A DNA stretch of 64,000 nt, from NCBI GenBank assembly GCA_031551255.1, contig JAVBNW010000045.1, positions 63,430 through 127,429 of the forward strand, in the 5' to 3' direction. The notes under the pieces are model-generated. The model searched no databases, was not told the origin of the DNA, and saw only the letters and a program-made list of their open reading frames with translations. This document shows positions 61,952-64,000 of the stretch, piece by piece. Each line of letters starts with the position of its first letter. Position 1 is the first letter of the stretch. A program made the translations under genes and the position numbers. The DNA is from Eubacteriales bacterium. GTDB taxonomy: Bacteria; Bacillota; Clostridia; Christensenellales; UBA1750.

Positions 61952-62489
61952 GTTTGAATAAAGGTGTCTGGTTCTTTCATATGAACTTTCCCAAGCCCCC
62001 TGCTTCGTTTTCTGGGCAAGGCCTGGTATCGAGCGCATGCAGTATACTTAAGCGGTAGGGGGCGGCCGGACAGACCTGGATAGGCCGAAGGTTTGCGCGA
62101 TGGAAGAGCGATCGCTGGCCGCAGAAGCTAGCGCAAATACACGCCAAATATCAAAGGTTCCGCCTCAAGAAGGAATAGTCAATGCAAGAAGCTTTTCGCT
62201 TCTTGCATCACCATTCAGACCCAACCTATCAATCGATCCAATCTGTGCGGCGAGCTTTTCGCGGCACTATGTTGCCGCCCATGACGTAGTGCCCGGCTCG
62301 CCTGCGCCCCCTCCTTGGCTTACAAATAATATTCCCGCATATGTTTGGATATTTTTAAGGTTGGGTCGCGATATTTTTCGTTATTGCCTTTGTTATCTGT
62401 CTGAATGGCCCGGGCCGCCTTTTATGGATCATATACAATGGCATCCTTCGAAAAGAAATGCCCCGCGGCAAGCCCGTGGCTTGAGCTGG

Positions 62490-64000
62490 TTACACCGAGG
62501 CGACGATGTGATCGCCCATACTGAAAATTTTTTTTTCGAACTCACCGCTGGCAAGAGGCTGGGAAAACAGATAGCCCTGCATCAAATCGGCATCGAGCGA
62601 CATAATCACCGAGCATTGTCCGACGGTCTCAACCCCTTCTACACACACCAGATGGCCGATGGAGTGCGCAAGGCGAATGATGGAAGAGAGAAATTGTCTG
62701 CCCTCCGGATCGGTTTCAATATCCCGTACAAAAGAGCGGTCGATCTTCGTTTCGGTGATGGGCAGCTCGCGCAGATAGCTAAGCGAAGAGTATCCGGTTC
62801 CAAAGTCGTCGATCGCAATGCCTACTCCCTCGCCCATCAGCTGCCCAAGCGCATGTACATCGCCCTGCATTTCCATCACACACGAGCCCTCGGTAATCTC
62901 CAGCGTAATATTGCCGGGTTTGAGCCTATAGTGATGCACGAGCGCGAGCACCTCTTCCGTAAGCGTGTGGCGGGTAATCTGGGGAGGAGTAAGGTTGATG
63001 TTCATAATAAAGTTTTCTCCGGCGCCTTTGTCGATCCAGGCGCGGCATTGTTTTACGGCCGCGTGCAGAATCCAGCCCTCTACGGCAGGCATCAACCCTG
63101 CCGCCTCCAAGCAGGGTAAGATTTCCGCGGGCGGCACGAGCCTTCCATCCGGATCGCGCCAGCGAATCAGCGCCTCCGCGCCGAGGCAAGCGCCATCCAT
63201 GGCGGAAATGAGCGGCTGATAGTATAGTTCAAATCCGTCGAATTTATGTTCTACCGCATGGCGCAACCGGTTTTCAAGCTCAATCTTTTGCAGATAGTCT
63301 TCGCGATCTGAAGGATCAAACGTGGCAAAGCCGTCTTTGCCTTGATACTTGACCCGGTGCATGGTGATTTCGGCATCGGTAAGCAGTTCATCCACGCCCT
63401 GTCCTTCGCGGTACTCCACGGCGCCCATGGAAAAAGTGATGTAGATTTCCTTGCCGCCGATGTCGATGGTTTTGCGCCACTTATCGCGCAATGAAGCCAT
63501 CCACTCAAGCGTGGCATCGCCACTCAAAGCGGAAAGGTCGGCGACGAACAGATCGCCCCCCATATGGTACAGCATGCTTCCCTTGGGCAAATCCATTAAA
63601 AGCCCGCTGCCGAAACGCTTGAGCACTTCGTCGCCCACGGCATGCCCGTACATGTTGTTGATGCTCTTAAAGTCATCCAGATCGATCATAACGATATGGC
63701 CCTCGTTCGGCTCTTCTCTAAGCCGCCTCCCCTGATCGCGATAGAACGATATGCGGTTGGGAAGCTGTGTGACACGATCGGTTAGCGATTGCTCTTCCAG
63801 ATAGGTGTTGTATTGCCCCATCGCTTCGATGTTGAAAATGGAACCCGCCATTAGTGTGGGTTCTTGGTTGTCGTCAAAGGATGCCTTGCCGCGCCAGGCC
63901 GTCCAAACCGGGGCCCCATCCGGCCCGATTAAGCGAATTTCCAACGCGTATTCATCGGTTTTTGCAGAATAGATGGCTGCCAAGGCGTCGGAAAACCGAT
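62490..64000 (-). CDS. PAS-GGDEF(degenerate)-EAL c-di-GMP phosphodiesterase; 5' end beyond the right edge
   Basis: Track ORF 62490..63983 stays open in frame to nt 64000. The GGDEF site is degenerate (HMGGDLFVADL). The EAL domain looks intact (GAEALIRW, DDFGTGYSSL). Confidence 0.88.
   Translation of the reverse strand, partial: RFSDALAAIYSAKTDEYALEIRLIGPDGAPVWTAWRGKASFDDNQEPTLMAGSIFNIEAMGQYNTYLEEQSLTDRVTQLPNRISFYRDQGRRLREEPNEGHIVMIDLDDFKSINNMYGHAVGDEVLKRFGSGLLMDLPKGSMLYHMGGDLFVADLSALSGDATLEWMASLRDKWRKTIDIGGKEIYITFSMGAVEYREGQGVDELLTDAEITMHRVKYQGKDGFATFDPSDREDYLQKIELENRLRHAVEHKFDGFELYYQPLISAMDGACLGAEALIRWRDPDGRLVPPAEILPCLEAAGLMPAVEGWILHAAVKQCRAWIDKGAGENFIMNINLTPPQITRHTLTEEVLALVHHYRLKPGNITLEITEGSCVMEMQGDVHALGQLMGEGVGIAIDDFGTGYSSLSYLRELPITETKIDRSFVRDIETDPEGRQFLSSIIRLAHSIGHLVCVEGVETVGQCSVIMSLDADLMQGYLFSQPLASGEFEKKIFSMGDHIVASV

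Noticed and set aside
62100-63119. 339-aa plus-strand ORF
   Set aside because: Most of it is antisense to the EAL-domain gene. The remainder runs through an AT-rich spacer with no RBS or recognisable domain.
1-64000. Search by eye for tRNA, rRNA, transposase, integrase, phage or toxin-antitoxin genes
   Set aside because: No T-arm-like GGTTCGAATCC-type motif occurs in a tRNA context; the one ttcgaatc hit at about 58790 is inside the Crp/Fnr gene. There are no rRNA-like stretches and no recognisable mobility or TA proteins. The AT-rich islets therefore lack an identifiable mobilisation mechanism.

Overview
This is a GC-rich (by eye) chromosomal segment from a Firmicutes/Clostridia-like anaerobe that appears motile and spore-forming. 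That placement is an inference from gene content: murB-rapZ-whiA-HPr-like, ecfA1-ecfA2-ecfT-truA, a BclA-type collagen-like protein, hcp, and cheW/cheR. I support about 50 protein genes. They are mostly housekeeping or accessory metabolism: asnS, thrC, rlmH, ggt, an aminotransferase, gltX, glnS, a GH42 beta-galactosidase, a carboxylesterase and two beta-lactamase-fold hydrolases. There are also four c-di-GMP turnover genes. I saw no rRNA, tRNA, CRISPR array, transposase, integrase or phage genes. Many long ORFs in the supplied track are antisense or alternate-frame artefacts of the high GC content. Several real genes start well inside their track ORF, and I re-called those starts from RBS context. 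The most unusual signals are five. (1) A modular family of short covarying hairpins (TGNG-type tetraloops, a CTCCTCTTCC box and two longer shared boxes) fills at least six ORF-free regions, each lying directly 3' of a stop codon. The best arrays are 47250-47829 and 18868-19229. I do not recognise it as a described element. (2) A 165-bp element with 29-bp terminal inverted repeats sits exactly between a collagen-like spore-surface gene and its glycosyltransferase; it may be an invertible switch, a MITE or a long RNA helix. (3) Several AT-rich islets carry accessory genes, and one is bounded by a perfect 23-bp-stem hairpin. (4) An HPr-like protein lacks the His-15 phospho-acceptor and sits in a rapZ-whiA operon with no yvcK. 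(5) A Na+-decarboxylase beta/gamma gene pair has no catalytic partners nearby. All coordinates of small motifs were counted by hand and may be off by 1-2 nt. No database search or folding computation was possible.
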